A stretch of 64,000 bases of DNA, taken from the NCBI GenBank assembly GCA_963662275.1, contig OY759316.1, positions 1,504,001-1,568,000 of the forward strand. The letters run 5' to 3'. Below, one piece after another: positions 37,664 to 46,936 of this stretch (position 1 is the first letter of the stretch; each line of letters opens with the position of its first letter). Position numbers and translations under genes: made by a program. The stretch comes from Candidatus Cloacimonadales bacterium. GTDB lineage: Bacteria; Cloacimonadota; Cloacimonadia; Cloacimonadales; DAONDQ01. The notes under the pieces were generated by a model. The model was not told where the DNA came from, searched no databases, and saw only the letters and a list, made by a program, of their open reading frames with translations.

Positions 37664-39178
37664 TTAGTGCATGGCATGGAAGGAATTTGATTCACGGGGT
37701 TGCCCTTGGTATGATGTGTCCATTGTAGTTGTGGCAAAAAGATCAACGGCTTTCGCAGTGCCATCAGGACCATCTTTCATGGGATGATCAGGATAACCCG
37801 TGAGCTGTTCTTCGAGATAAAGGATATCATGGTCTTTGTCGGAATAAAAGAAAATATAGCCTCTTTGGAAAAACGGTTCTAAAAGATCAATACGTAATGC
37901 TTTATCAATCTTATTTTCGACTCCGAAAACAGGAATGCTATATTTGTATTCTTCGGCAAACTTAGGTAACAAAGACCATAGATATTGCTGAAGAGTAATT
38001 TCCATATACATCCGCGCCTGGGGGTATTTCTTGTGTCGTGCATACATTTCATGAATCATGTCATCTAACGATGCCTGGCGCAACCAAAGTTCCAGAAGAT
38101 AATAGCATCCCTCATAAAACCCCCATGTGGCTACATACTTGCTGTCACCAGTAGCGGTTTGCGAAGGATCCACATAAGTAATAATACGAGAGCATTTAGA
38201 GATATCAAACTCATAGCGGTTATAGTATTTAAACCAGGAAGACTTAAATTTCAAACCATCCTGGACAGGATTCATCTGATAATGACGTTCGAAGGCAGCA
38301 GTTGTAATTGTAGTCTTGATTTCATGTAATCGTTCAAGAGGGAAACCCTCAGGCCAGAGAGATTCTTCACCGCCTGAAGGCAGCGCTACAATCGCTTTAA
38401 ATAACCAAAAACAGATTTTGTCATTTTCAGGTTCGGCTTCACAACGATCATGAAACATAGCAAACGCAGACGTTTTATGTGTGAGATTACCAAGCCAGAG
38501 GATAATGCCACCTTCCGGGCCAAAAGCACCAAAGGCTTCTTCTGTGACATATTGAAGTTTTTCACGACCAATCTTAGGGTTTCTGGCTTTATGATCTTCA
38601 AAGTCATCAAAGAGAATCCTGGTCGGACGCTTTGACCTGAATATTTTACCTCTGATTGGCTGACCATAGCCTATAGCCAGGAAACGACAACCATCTTTGG
38701 TTGTAAACTTCTCATCCGATCCCTGACCTTCCCCAACCTGCTGACCAAAATCATATATAAGATTCTGATTATACATGAATTCATAGCGGATAGCAGCGTT
38801 ACGTTCCGATGCAACCAACTCATTTAGAGAGCATATGATCTGAAACTTATGGTCACCATTGATGGCTCTCCAAATAGAATCAATCACGGCGATATCAACT
38901 GTTTTTCCAAATCCGCGAGGACCGGCAATAGCATTGATAGTATTGTGATAATTCGTTATGTTATGGATATCCCTGTGAAATTTACCGGAAGGGATTGTAG
39001 CATAATGAGGGAAATAAGTTTCTTTGAAGAAAATGAAGTCATAACGATCTTTATTCTTACGTTCCAGCTTCTTTTCAGCAGTGTCATTCGGGAAAGCAAA
39101 GTTCTGACTCTTGATATCATCAATCATCTGCTCTATGCGTTTATCGTATTCTTTACGCGTCATTTTAGACATGATCAA
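37664..39178 (-). CDS. Terminase large subunit
   Basis: GPRGFGKT, ILFDDFED, YVDPS, DGPDG. Confidence 0.9.
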   Translation of the reverse strand: MIMSKMTRKEYDKRIEQMIDDIKSQNFAFPNDTAEKKLERKNKDRYDFIFFKETYFPHYATIPSGKFHRDIHNITNYHNTINAIAGPRGFGKTVDIAVIDSIWRAINGDHKFQIICSLNELVASERNAAIRYEFMYNQNLIYDFGQQVGEGQGSDEKFTTKDGCRFLAIGYGQPIRGKIFRSKRPTRILFDDFEDHKARNPKIGREKLQYVTEEAFGAFGPEGGIILWLGNLTHKTSAFAMFHDRCEAEPENDKICFWLFKAIVALPSGGEESLWPEGFPLERLHEIKTTITTAAFERHYQMNPVQDGLKFKSSWFKYYNRYEFDISKCSRIITYVDPSQTATGDSKYVATWGFYEGCYYLLELWLRQASLDDMIHEMYARHKKYPQARMYMEITLQQYLWSLLPKFAEEYKYSIPVFGVENKIDKALRIDLLEPFFQRGYIFFYSDKDHDILYLEEQLTGYPDHPMKDGPDGTAKAVDLFATTTMDTSYQGQPRESNSFHAMH

Positions 39179-39612
39179 TCCTTTGTGAAGAGTTCGCGGA
39201 GATGATTTGAGATATCAGGCAGGATGAGCGTCCACTTGTCGATAAGCACCTGGTCCCGTGTTTTCATTATGAAGGAAGTGATTGCCTTTAAGAATGCGTA
39301 CATGCTCGACAGCAACACCTTTTCAGGACGGAGACGGTCAACGATCTTCTGGAGCTTGGAAAGGGCATCAGCATTGTTAATAAGAGTATCATTATCAGTG
39401 AACTCTTTGATCTTGGCAAGCAGCTTCTGTTCAAGGGTTACAGATAATTCAACACTGCCTGTGATACACTTATCATCCCACTTATCCTGTTTTTTCCACT
39501 TGTAGAGATTAGAGAGAGCCTTGCCGGTTAGCTCAGCAATTTCATTGATGGACTTACCCTCGACAACATAAAGCTGCATACATTGGGCACGGAGAGGATT
39601 GTTTTTAGCCAT
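39175..39612 (-). CDS. Terminase small subunit-like HTH protein
   Basis: GKSINEIAELTGKALSNLYKWKKQDKW; overlaps terL. Confidence 0.75.
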   Translation of the reverse strand: MAKNNPLRAQCMQLYVVEGKSINEIAELTGKALSNLYKWKKQDKWDDKCITGSVELSVTLEQKLLAKIKEFTDNDTLINNADALSKLQKIVDRLRPEKVLLSSMYAFLKAITSFIMKTRDQVLIDKWTLILPDISNHLRELFTKD

Positions 39613-39725
39613 AGTTACTCCTTATTTATAAGTTCGAAGTACGAAGTACGAAGTTCGAAAGGCAGAGCAGAAGCAGACAACGTACGGGGTGCATTGTGCC
39701 ACCTCACGGGGTGAGGCGTTCCGGT

Positions 39726-40223
39726 TCATTTTTGCCTCGTGAGATATGCCCAAACACGTTTGTTGAGGGCATTGACTTCATCAGGGAAAAGAAGCATATA
39801 GGGACGTGCAGGGATTGTTACTGATTTTTTAAGTACATATAAAGCAATTGGTTCACCGCCTTCCACTTTCTGAAAGATAACACCTTTAGCTATGAAGGTG
39901 TTTGTGAAGTCTCGAGGTTTACGCACCCGTGCTTCAGGAGTGAGTGGTATTGCCAGATACTTTCCTTTGGATGGCGTGATGATACCACCCTCATGATGAA
40001 TCTTCGCATACTTCAGATTCGTGCCGACAATGACCTGATTGCCCTGTACCACATAATGGATAGAGTCTTTTAATGTACCAATACCTACAAGTGTAGTGCC
40101 TTTTCTGCCTCGTTTATCTGTTGTTGGCTTCACCTGGTTTGTTGCCATCCGCTTTTTGATTATGTCACGAACGGTAATGCCGACCAAAGTGAGCAGTTCA
40201 GAGGTTACAACAGGAAAACTCAT
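39726..40223 (-). CDS. Virion morphogenesis protein (Mu gpG / P2 S-like)
   Basis: GTLKDSI, VGTNLKYAKIHHEGG, IPARPYM. Confidence 0.88.
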   Translation of the reverse strand: MSFPVVTSELLTLVGITVRDIIKKRMATNQVKPTTDKRGRKGTTLVGIGTLKDSIHYVVQGNQVIVGTNLKYAKIHHEGGIITPSKGKYLAIPLTPEARVRKPRDFTNTFIAKGVIFQKVEGGEPIALYVLKKSVTIPARPYMLLFPDEVNALNKRVWAYLTRQK

Positions 40224-40289
40224 AGGAAGTCCGAAGTACGAAGTTCGAAGTACGAAGGCAGAGCAGAGCAGAACCGCCTGAATTCGGCG

Positions 40290-40706
40290 CTACACATCGG
40301 AACCTACTGTACCACCGGAGGGGTTGAAATACCGTGGTGAGGCTTGCCAGGATAGATCAGCAGTGACATCCGATTCTGCAACTGTAACACCAAGTTTGAG
40401 CGATCCCTTTTGAATCTCCGTGAGCAGCTTGAGAGCACCTTCATATTCCTTGCGGATGTGTTCAGGTATATCCGAAGCCTGTTTGCGAGTCCAGAGCGTG
40501 TACCGGCATAAGGTATAGCAGATGCTTTCAATGACGGCATTAGCAGCTTCCAAAGGCAAGGGCACTGCGACACTGATGAAATCATCGATATACTTGGACT
40601 TGTTGGTAATAATGGCAGTTACATCAGCGTCAGCCATACCCATAACCAACTGCGTGTAACGGTCTTCCCCGATGTCTGCCTTGAGTTGAGCAATTGTAAT
40701 ATACAT
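40290..40706 (-). CDS. Mu gp36/DUF1320-like head-tail adaptor
   Basis: Start MYITIAQL; YIDDFI; YEGALKLLTEIQKGSLKL. Confidence 0.85.
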   Translation of the reverse strand: MYITIAQLKADIGEDRYTQLVMGMADADVTAIITNKSKYIDDFISVAVPLPLEAANAVIESICYTLCRYTLWTRKQASDIPEHIRKEYEGALKLLTEIQKGSLKLGVTVAESDVTADLSWQASPRYFNPSGGTVGSDV

Positions 40707-40707
40707 T

Positions 40708-41106
40708 CTACACCACCAAACTGAAGCTAAGAGAATAAATATTGAAACCAGGCACAATGCCCAAACGATCGAAGTCTTCAAAGAACAGACGACCGACATA
40801 GTTCGAATCCAAATCAAGCAGGGGCGTGTCATGAAGTGTGTCAAAAAGAGCATCGATCAGCTCATACATGCTGTTGTTTTCATTACCCTTCATATGACTA
40901 GTGAGGATGAAAAGATTGATGTAGATGGTTGGTTTTGAGTGAGTTTCCTCCGCTTTGACACCTCTTTTGACTTCAATATAGACAGCAGGCGGATTGATGA
41001 TAAAGTTAACCAGGTCTTCCAACTGACCTTCATAATATTCCACCATCACAAATAACAGCGAATCCATTAAACGTTTTTGGATGCCTTCAGCAATTTGAAT
41101 GAGCAT
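40708..41106 (-). CDS. Mu gp37-like neck/tail-completion protein
   Basis: YEGQLE, PPAVYI, MYELID; adjacent to gp36. Confidence 0.7.
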   Translation of the reverse strand: MLIQIAEGIQKRLMDSLLFVMVEYYEGQLEDLVNFIINPPAVYIEVKRGVKAEETHSKPTIYINLFILTSHMKGNENNSMYELIDALFDTLHDTPLLDLDSNYVGRLFFEDFDRLGIVPGFNIYSLSFSLVV

Positions 41107-41275
41107 TGAATCTCCTTTGTAATGCAACCTAAAGGATGCTACTACCAGTGGCTACGTTAGCAGATAATCAGATAAACGCAGGAATTTTGTAGTAAGTTAC
41201 TACAAAATAATAGGAGAATACGGGTTGTAGGGTGCAGGTTGTAGGTTGTAGATCAGAAAAGTGAAGAGGGATAAA

Positions 41276-42247
41276 ATGAAGTTACCAATATTCATAGTTT
41301 GCAGTATTGAACTGGCAGAGATACCAACAGAGATTCATGTTGCACCTTTGGGAAAGTACAAAGGGCATCCGCAAGGTGAATTTGAAGTAACCCCAGCCGA
41401 TATTGAGACAATGATCAGGAATTTCAAATCATTGAAAAATGATGTTGTGATCGATTACGAACATCAGACGCTCAATTCCTCGGATAATGGCAGACCCGCA
41501 CCTGCAGCAGGTTGGGTAAAAGATATGCAAGCCCGTGATAATGGTTTATGGGGGACAACCCTGGAATGGACAAAAAACGCACAGGATGCCATAGCCAATA
41601 AAGAATACAAATATTTAAGTCCTGTTTTTATGCTTCATGCACCCGATCCCAAGACCGGAAAAGATATGGGGTTCTACCTGCATTCCGTTGCATTAACCAA
41701 TACACCCTTTTTCAGAGGCGATTTAGAAGCCTTATGGAATTCAATACAAATAACTGATAATCAACAACAGGAGGAATCCAACGTGAACTTAGAACAAGCA
41801 TTAGCCGAGATTGCCAGACTCAAAAGAGAATTGGCAACCTTACAGGCAAAAGACACAGACTCCACCGGCAAAATCAAAGCACTTGAAGCTCAGATTCAAA
41901 CTCTGCAAGCCAAGGTTGATGAAGTGACAGTGGCAGCCAAAGAGACAGAAGCAGAGACAGTCGTAGCCAAGGCTATCGAAGATAAGAAGCTGCTGCCTGC
42001 TCAAAAAGAATGGGCAAAGAAACTCTGTATGAGTGACCGCCCGGCATTCGATTCGTTCATGACAACCATGAGCCCTGTGGACATCACAAAAGGTGTTCAT
42101 ATCGAAGGCAAAGACAACCCAGGTGGCTTGACTTTTGCAAAGTTGATGGAAGATCCTGATGCAATGGAAAAGTGCAAGAAGGAAACACCTGAGCTTTTCG
42201 CAAAGCTTCACCAGGCACACGTTGCCAACCCAACCGGAGGTAAATAA
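41276..42247 (+). CDS. Mu gpI-like prohead protease/scaffold
   Basis: IDYEHQ, PAPAAGW, EWT, EYKYLSPVF, VALTNTP. Confidence 0.93.
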   Translation: MKLPIFIVCSIELAEIPTEIHVAPLGKYKGHPQGEFEVTPADIETMIRNFKSLKNDVVIDYEHQTLNSSDNGRPAPAAGWVKDMQARDNGLWGTTLEWTKNAQDAIANKEYKYLSPVFMLHAPDPKTGKDMGFYLHSVALTNTPFFRGDLEALWNSIQITDNQQQEESNVNLEQALAEIARLKRELATLQAKDTDSTGKIKALEAQIQTLQAKVDEVTVAAKETEAETVVAKAIEDKKLLPAQKEWAKKLCMSDRPAFDSFMTTMSPVDITKGVHIEGKDNPGGLTFAKLMEDPDAMEKCKKETPELFAKLHQAHVANPTGGK

Positions 42248-43122
42248 TGGCTGGATTCATTCCCGAATTGTGGACTGCTGAGTCCCTTAACCGTTTGGTT
42301 AGACAGGTCAAAGAGAAGATTCATTTACGCGCAACCGTAAAGGACTTTTCCAACTTTGCGAATCATGCAAAAGCAGACACAATCAATATTCCTGTTTTAG
42401 CTGATGGCACTGTTGTGGCACTTCCGATCACGGAAGGCAGAGCTAACTTTCTTGATACCAAAGGTACCGGTGTGGCACTGGTGTTAGATAAGGAATACGG
42501 TTACCCGTTCCAGGTCAGCAGCATTGACCAGGCACAAGCATCCGTAGCCTTACGTCAGGAATATACTGAAGCAGCTGCTGAAGCTCATCTCGATGGTGAA
42601 GATGAAGCAATCTTCAAAGCAATCGTTGATTCCTGCGACGGACATGCCGGGCATTATGCCACCGTTGAAGGTGGGGTGATCACAGTTCAGACGTTCCTCG
42701 ATGCACGTAAAGCTTTGAACGCTGCAGGAGCTCCCAAAAAGGGTCGAACCTTCGTCGTCTGTGCAGCCCACGAACGCAGTCTGTATGATATTGAAGAACT
42801 CAAAGACTTCAATAAGATCGGTCCAAACCAGGCTGTCAGAGAAGGATACATCGGCAAAGCATTCGGTTTTGACATCGTGATGCTGAATTCGACTCCTCAG
42901 CTTGCAGCCGGGGACACTGAATTCAACCTTTGGACAAATCCCGCGGTTGATGTGTCTGTGTTCTACCAGACCTTTGCTATGGGATTCGGAAGCTGGTGCG
43001 ACTTCGACGCCATGGAACAGGCAGATGCCGGGTTACCGGGCTGGCTGATCAACATCTACAAGAAGTACGGTTTGAAAGAACTGAAGCCTACTTTTGCATA
43101 CGCAGTGAAGACTGCAGCTTAA
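42247..43122 (+). CDS. Major capsid protein
   Basis: Follows the protease; FIPELW, DTINIP, GYIGKAFGFDI, YGLKEL. Confidence 0.8.
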   Translation: MAGFIPELWTAESLNRLVRQVKEKIHLRATVKDFSNFANHAKADTINIPVLADGTVVALPITEGRANFLDTKGTGVALVLDKEYGYPFQVSSIDQAQASVALRQEYTEAAAEAHLDGEDEAIFKAIVDSCDGHAGHYATVEGGVITVQTFLDARKALNAAGAPKKGRTFVVCAAHERSLYDIEELKDFNKIGPNQAVREGYIGKAFGFDIVMLNSTPQLAAGDTEFNLWTNPAVDVSVFYQTFAMGFGSWCDFDAMEQADAGLPGWLINIYKKYGLKELKPTFAYAVKTAA

Positions 43123-43212
43123 GCAGAAGGTGCCAGGTCACAGGTAACAGGTGACAGGGCAGAGAATATAATGAGACGCCCGTGTTGGGCGTCTCTACAA
43201 CAAGAGGTAAAA

Positions 43213-43593
43213 ATGAAGAAACTTATACTTATCCTGATGATCACGATGATCCTTGCTTTTACGATTGGAATAGCTGAGGCACGTCCTCTGTTGCCGCGTG
43301 ATGCGAATGGGACTGCAATGCAGTTTCATAAGACTTTCACGGTGGAAAGAGATAGCTGCAATGCCGTGACAATACACAAAGCAACCGTTCCAACCAATGC
43401 CGTTGAAGCTATTCTATGGGTAAAGACAGCCCCCATATTTATATGTCCTGACAGCACTGCAACACTTTTAAATTATGCGGAGATACCTGCTGGCATGGTG
43501 GTGCGAATACCTGTAACCAATATGACCAAGTTTTATTACAGATCGGTGACCGCAACTGCCTCAATTTTGAATATCATTTGGTGTAAGGACTAG
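43213..43593 (+). CDS. Small signal-peptide-bearing late protein
   Basis: MKKLILILMITMILAFTIGIAEA; RBS GAGGT. Confidence 0.65.
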   Translation: MKKLILILMITMILAFTIGIAEARPLLPRDANGTAMQFHKTFTVERDSCNAVTIHKATVPTNAVEAILWVKTAPIFICPDSTATLLNYAEIPAGMVVRIPVTNMTKFYYRSVTATASILNIIWCKD

Positions 43594-43669
43594 GCAAAAT
43601 CCGTTTTGCAATTTAAAATTAAGAATTAAGAATTAAGAATTGCAGAGCGGAAAAAGCCAAGGATAAATA

Positions 43670-43999
43670 ATGACAGCACAAGCAAGCCAGATAATGCTCT
43701 ATATCGTATCTACTCTCCTAGCCCTGGTGATTAGCATAGGCGGCGCATATGTGCGCCGTCTGTGTGTTCAACTGGATGAACAAAAGAAAGCTATAGCCGA
43801 TGGAGAAGTTAAGGCTGTAGCCTTGGAATTGAAGGTTAACAGCATATCTGAGCACTGCAATGCTTGCTCTAAAAATCTCTTAAATGAAGATTCAATTAGA
43901 ACAATAATGCGTGAAGAACTAACCAACGCATTTAACACATTCGAGCTGACGCTGATCAATGATGGGCGTATGGCTCCCAAAAAGAATAAACCAGTGTAG
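43670..43999 (+). CDS. Single-TM coiled-coil protein (possibly lysis-related)
   Basis: N-terminal TM helix, then heptad pattern and CxxC. Confidence 0.55.
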   Translation: MTAQASQIMLYIVSTLLALVISIGGAYVRRLCVQLDEQKKAIADGEVKAVALELKVNSISEHCNACSKNLLNEDSIRTIMREELTNAFNTFELTLINDGRMAPKKNKPV

Positions 44000-44007
44000 G
44001 AGAAGAT

Positions 44008-44265
44008 ATGAAAGATAAGAAAACAGGGAACAGGGAACAGGGAACAGCAGCAGAACAGATTGCTGCTTTCATTGCATATATCGAAGCTAACAATTACCAT
44101 TGCGGTAATGATTACCTGGTTGATACACCAGAATATAAGGCATTGAAGGGAAGCAACCTGAAGGATGCCACCACCGAAAGTAAAAGCAACCTGAAGGATG
44201 CAACTACCGAGGATAAAAGCAACCTGAAGGATGCTGCTACCAAAGAGAAAGGAGAGAAGCAATGA
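44008..44265 (+). CDS. Small protein largely built from repeat elements
   Basis: RBS AGGAG; TGNREQG and three SNLKDA(T/A)T. Confidence 0.45.
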   Translation: MKDKKTGNREQGTAAEQIAAFIAYIEANNYHCGNDYLVDTPEYKALKGSNLKDATTESKSNLKDATTEDKSNLKDAATKEKGEKQ

Positions 44266-44702
44266 TGAAAATAACAATCCTGATCATGATAGTAATCATG
44301 ATCTTCCTGATGCCGGTAATGCTTTGTGCTATGAATCTGCATGACGCAGGAAATCAGATGATCAGCGTTTTAACACCGATTATTCTTTTGGCGATGATTC
44401 CAGTTGTAGGGCGTTTCTTCAAGAAAATCGGCATAGATATTGGTAATGACCAGATTTCCACCATCCTTACAACGATCATTAATATACTGGTTAATCTTGA
44501 TTTGAAAAACCCGAAAATGTCTTCTGCTGATAAGAAGCTGATGGCTGTTAAAATGGTGAAAGAAGCACTACCACAAGCTTCGATAGATGCACTTCGCGCT
44601 AAATATGGAAGCGTTGAAACTGCAGTGCAGGCAGCGTTCGAAAAAAGCAGCCTGAATAAACAACTGAAGGTGGTTGGATCTGTAACCTCCTCTCCAAAAT
44701 AA
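44262..44702 (+). CDS. Holin-like membrane protein
   Basis: Two hydrophobic segments; ADKKLMAV..V / VETAVQAA holin-like tail. Confidence 0.6.
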   Translation: MMKITILIMIVIMIFLMPVMLCAMNLHDAGNQMISVLTPIILLAMIPVVGRFFKKIGIDIGNDQISTILTTIINILVNLDLKNPKMSSADKKLMAVKMVKEALPQASIDALRAKYGSVETAVQAAFEKSSLNKQLKVVGSVTSSPK

Positions 44703-44785
44703 CAGATAGCAAGAACGGCGTCTTGCTTTACCGAAAGAAGAATAGCAAGAACGGCGTCTTGCTTTACAAACAATAAGGACGTAAC

Positions 44786-45226
44786 ATGAAATTTTTCGAT
44801 AAAATCTACTACAGAGCTGCAGGCACCCCATTCACCACTATAGCCCAAAGCGGACTAGCCGGTGCCGGATTCATTTTGCTTGTCGGTGCTATTGCAGATA
44901 AGACAAAAAACGGCATGGAACCTGATGCAAAAAGTGAAATGGGAGACGGCTCCCAATACACGGAAAGTGTGAAGTGTAGCCCGGAGATTGTCGTGAAGAA
45001 CTTCACTGCTGCCAACTATGCAACAATTCTAGCAGCTTTCGTCAATACACATGTAGATGTTCTATTCATGGACAGCGCACAGCCAGCCCTCTGCAGTGTA
45101 GCCTGGAATACGGTTCTGTATCCAGCTATTGATGTGAGCGGTGAAGCACAGATCAAGCTTGCCGGCGAAAAGAAAACCGGCGTAGGCGCTACTGCGTTGC
45201 CATTCGGATTCACGGCGATCACGTAA
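44786..45226 (+). CDS. Putative tail tube protein
   Basis: Size, composition and position; followed by a hairpin at 45243-45266. Confidence 0.45.
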   Translation: MKFFDKIYYRAAGTPFTTIAQSGLAGAGFILLVGAIADKTKNGMEPDAKSEMGDGSQYTESVKCSPEIVVKNFTAANYATILAAFVNTHVDVLFMDSAQPALCSVAWNTVLYPAIDVSGEAQIKLAGEKKTGVGATALPFGFTAIT

Positions 45227-45289
45227 GGCATTATAGACTATAAAGGGCGGTCCTGTGGCTGCCCTTCTGTGTAAAAAAGAGGAGCTTCA

Positions 45290-46000
45290 ATGCAATTTTA
45301 TAATACATATATTCGGCTTGCCGGGACAAAATTTGTGGCATGGACAGATGATCCAACAGAGCCATTGCACCTTTTCGACAAGCTTGAGCTAGGAATGCAA
45401 AATCCTAAAATAGCATTAGAACCAGTCTGGACACCACTTAGTGACGGTTCATCACGAACTGATGCAGTCAAAAGGAGCATTGACTGCGGGACGCTGAGAG
45501 TAACAAAGACGGAATATGACTATTTGCGCACCACATTTCACAATCAATTATGCGATTTCATATTAATGGATAATAATTCCAAAGTTCCGTTTATTCCCGT
45601 TCTTTTCAATGTGAGAGTGGCAATCAGTCATATTGTAACTTCAAAAGAAGCTGAAATAATCAAAATTACCGGTACTGCAACATCCGGCATAGATGCAGCG
45701 CAATCCTTTTATGTCATGACATTCAGCGAACGAACAACCATATCTGGAACTGTATTTGCCACTGACGGCGTAACTCCAGTCGTGGGTGCTCAAGTAATAG
45801 GTGTAATGGGAGGTGTGGAAGCAGGATGCGTCACAGACAAGGACGGCAATTACTTCTTTACTGTAAATAGTTTTGAACCCACTATTATTCTTGAATGCGA
45901 AAAGACCGGAGGCTGGGTCTGGGGAACAATAACCAGGACAGATATACCACAATATACAGAGGTTCAAATCGATATAATAGCCAGTACCGACGGGAGCTAA
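45290..46000 (+). CDS. Tail-related protein with a carboxypeptidase-regulatory-like beta domain
   Basis: TISGTVFATDGVTPVVGAQV...TDKDGNYFF. Confidence 0.55.
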   Translation: MQFYNTYIRLAGTKFVAWTDDPTEPLHLFDKLELGMQNPKIALEPVWTPLSDGSSRTDAVKRSIDCGTLRVTKTEYDYLRTTFHNQLCDFILMDNNSKVPFIPVLFNVRVAISHIVTSKEAEIIKITGTATSGIDAAQSFYVMTFSERTTISGTVFATDGVTPVVGAQVIGVMGGVEAGCVTDKDGNYFFTVNSFEPTIILECEKTGGWVWGTITRTDIPQYTEVQIDIIASTDGS

Positions 46001-46001
46001 C

Positions 46002-46565
46002 ATGGATAAAAGACAAGCAATGAGAGATTGGCTTCTCAATCCACAATTAACATCTGCAGTGGCAGCAGTGATCAAAAAGTACGGTATCGACAACTTCGGT
46101 GCCAAGGCTGTTATCCCTGATGGTGGCTGGAGTCCTGAAATATTAGCCAACGGCTTTGTGACCTATTCCAATTATTTCAAGGTAGATCTATCGATGATGC
46201 TGGCTCAGGGCATTGCAGAATGTCACTTTGGCTGCAATCCAGCCGCTTCCAAATCCAGACGCACGTTCAATATCTTCAACGTAGGCAATACCGATTCCGG
46301 AGCTGAAGAAGTGCAGAATGGATGGGTAGATGGAATCCGGAGATATGCACGAGTCATGGCAAGTGAATACAACTACCACGATGATCCTGAAGGCTGGGTA
46401 ATGATGGAGAGCATGGTCTCTCATAAGTTCACACGTCCGAGAGGTGGAGTGTATTCCACCACGAAAGATTATGAAAAGCTGGTGAGCGTATTGGCGATGA
46501 AGATAAGGAAACTACTCACCCCCAACCCCTCTCTTGTACCAAAAGAGGGGAGTAAAAACGCCTAA
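46002..46565 (+). CDS. Endolysin, glucosaminidase/lysozyme-like fold
   Basis: MLAQGIAECHFG, NIFNVGNTD, YST..DY. Confidence 0.7.
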   Translation: MDKRQAMRDWLLNPQLTSAVAAVIKKYGIDNFGAKAVIPDGGWSPEILANGFVTYSNYFKVDLSMMLAQGIAECHFGCNPAASKSRRTFNIFNVGNTDSGAEEVQNGWVDGIRRYARVMASEYNYHDDPEGWVMMESMVSHKFTRPRGGVYSTTKDYEKLVSVLAMKIRKLLTPNPSLVPKEGSKNA

Positions 46566-46576
46566 AGTCGAGTAAA

Positions 46577-46918
46577 ATGCTATACAATATTGTTGAGAGC
46601 TTGACTGCTAAGATCGGAACCCGCTTCCAAACAGAAGTTGGTGCCAGCTTGGAAGTTCAAGCTCCCAACAGCTCTGGGATTTGGAATGAATCTCAATATG
46701 AGATTAATCCTAAAATTATTAATTATGGGATGATATCGAAGTCAATATATATGCGATGGAGTCCAAGTAAGTATGTAAAAATATATAACATGAAGCTGTC
46801 TGAACCGCAGATGATAGCTGCCACAAAGCGCACAGGCGGTAGAACAATAACTTTAAACAGCCCGCTCCCGGGAGCAATAATTGTGGTTACAACAGACGGG
46901 ACAGATCCTGTAATTTAA
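46577..46918 (+). CDS. Hypothetical protein ending in the N-half of an Fn3-associated (chitobiase C-terminal) domain
   Basis: TITLNSPLPGAIIVVTTDGTDP*. Confidence 0.6.
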   Translation: MLYNIVESLTAKIGTRFQTEVGASLEVQAPNSSGIWNESQYEINPKIINYGMISKSIYMRWSPSKYVKIYNMKLSEPQMIAATKRTGGRTITLNSPLPGAIIVVTTDGTDPVI

Positions 46919-46936
46919 AACGCTTAGGAGAGATAA

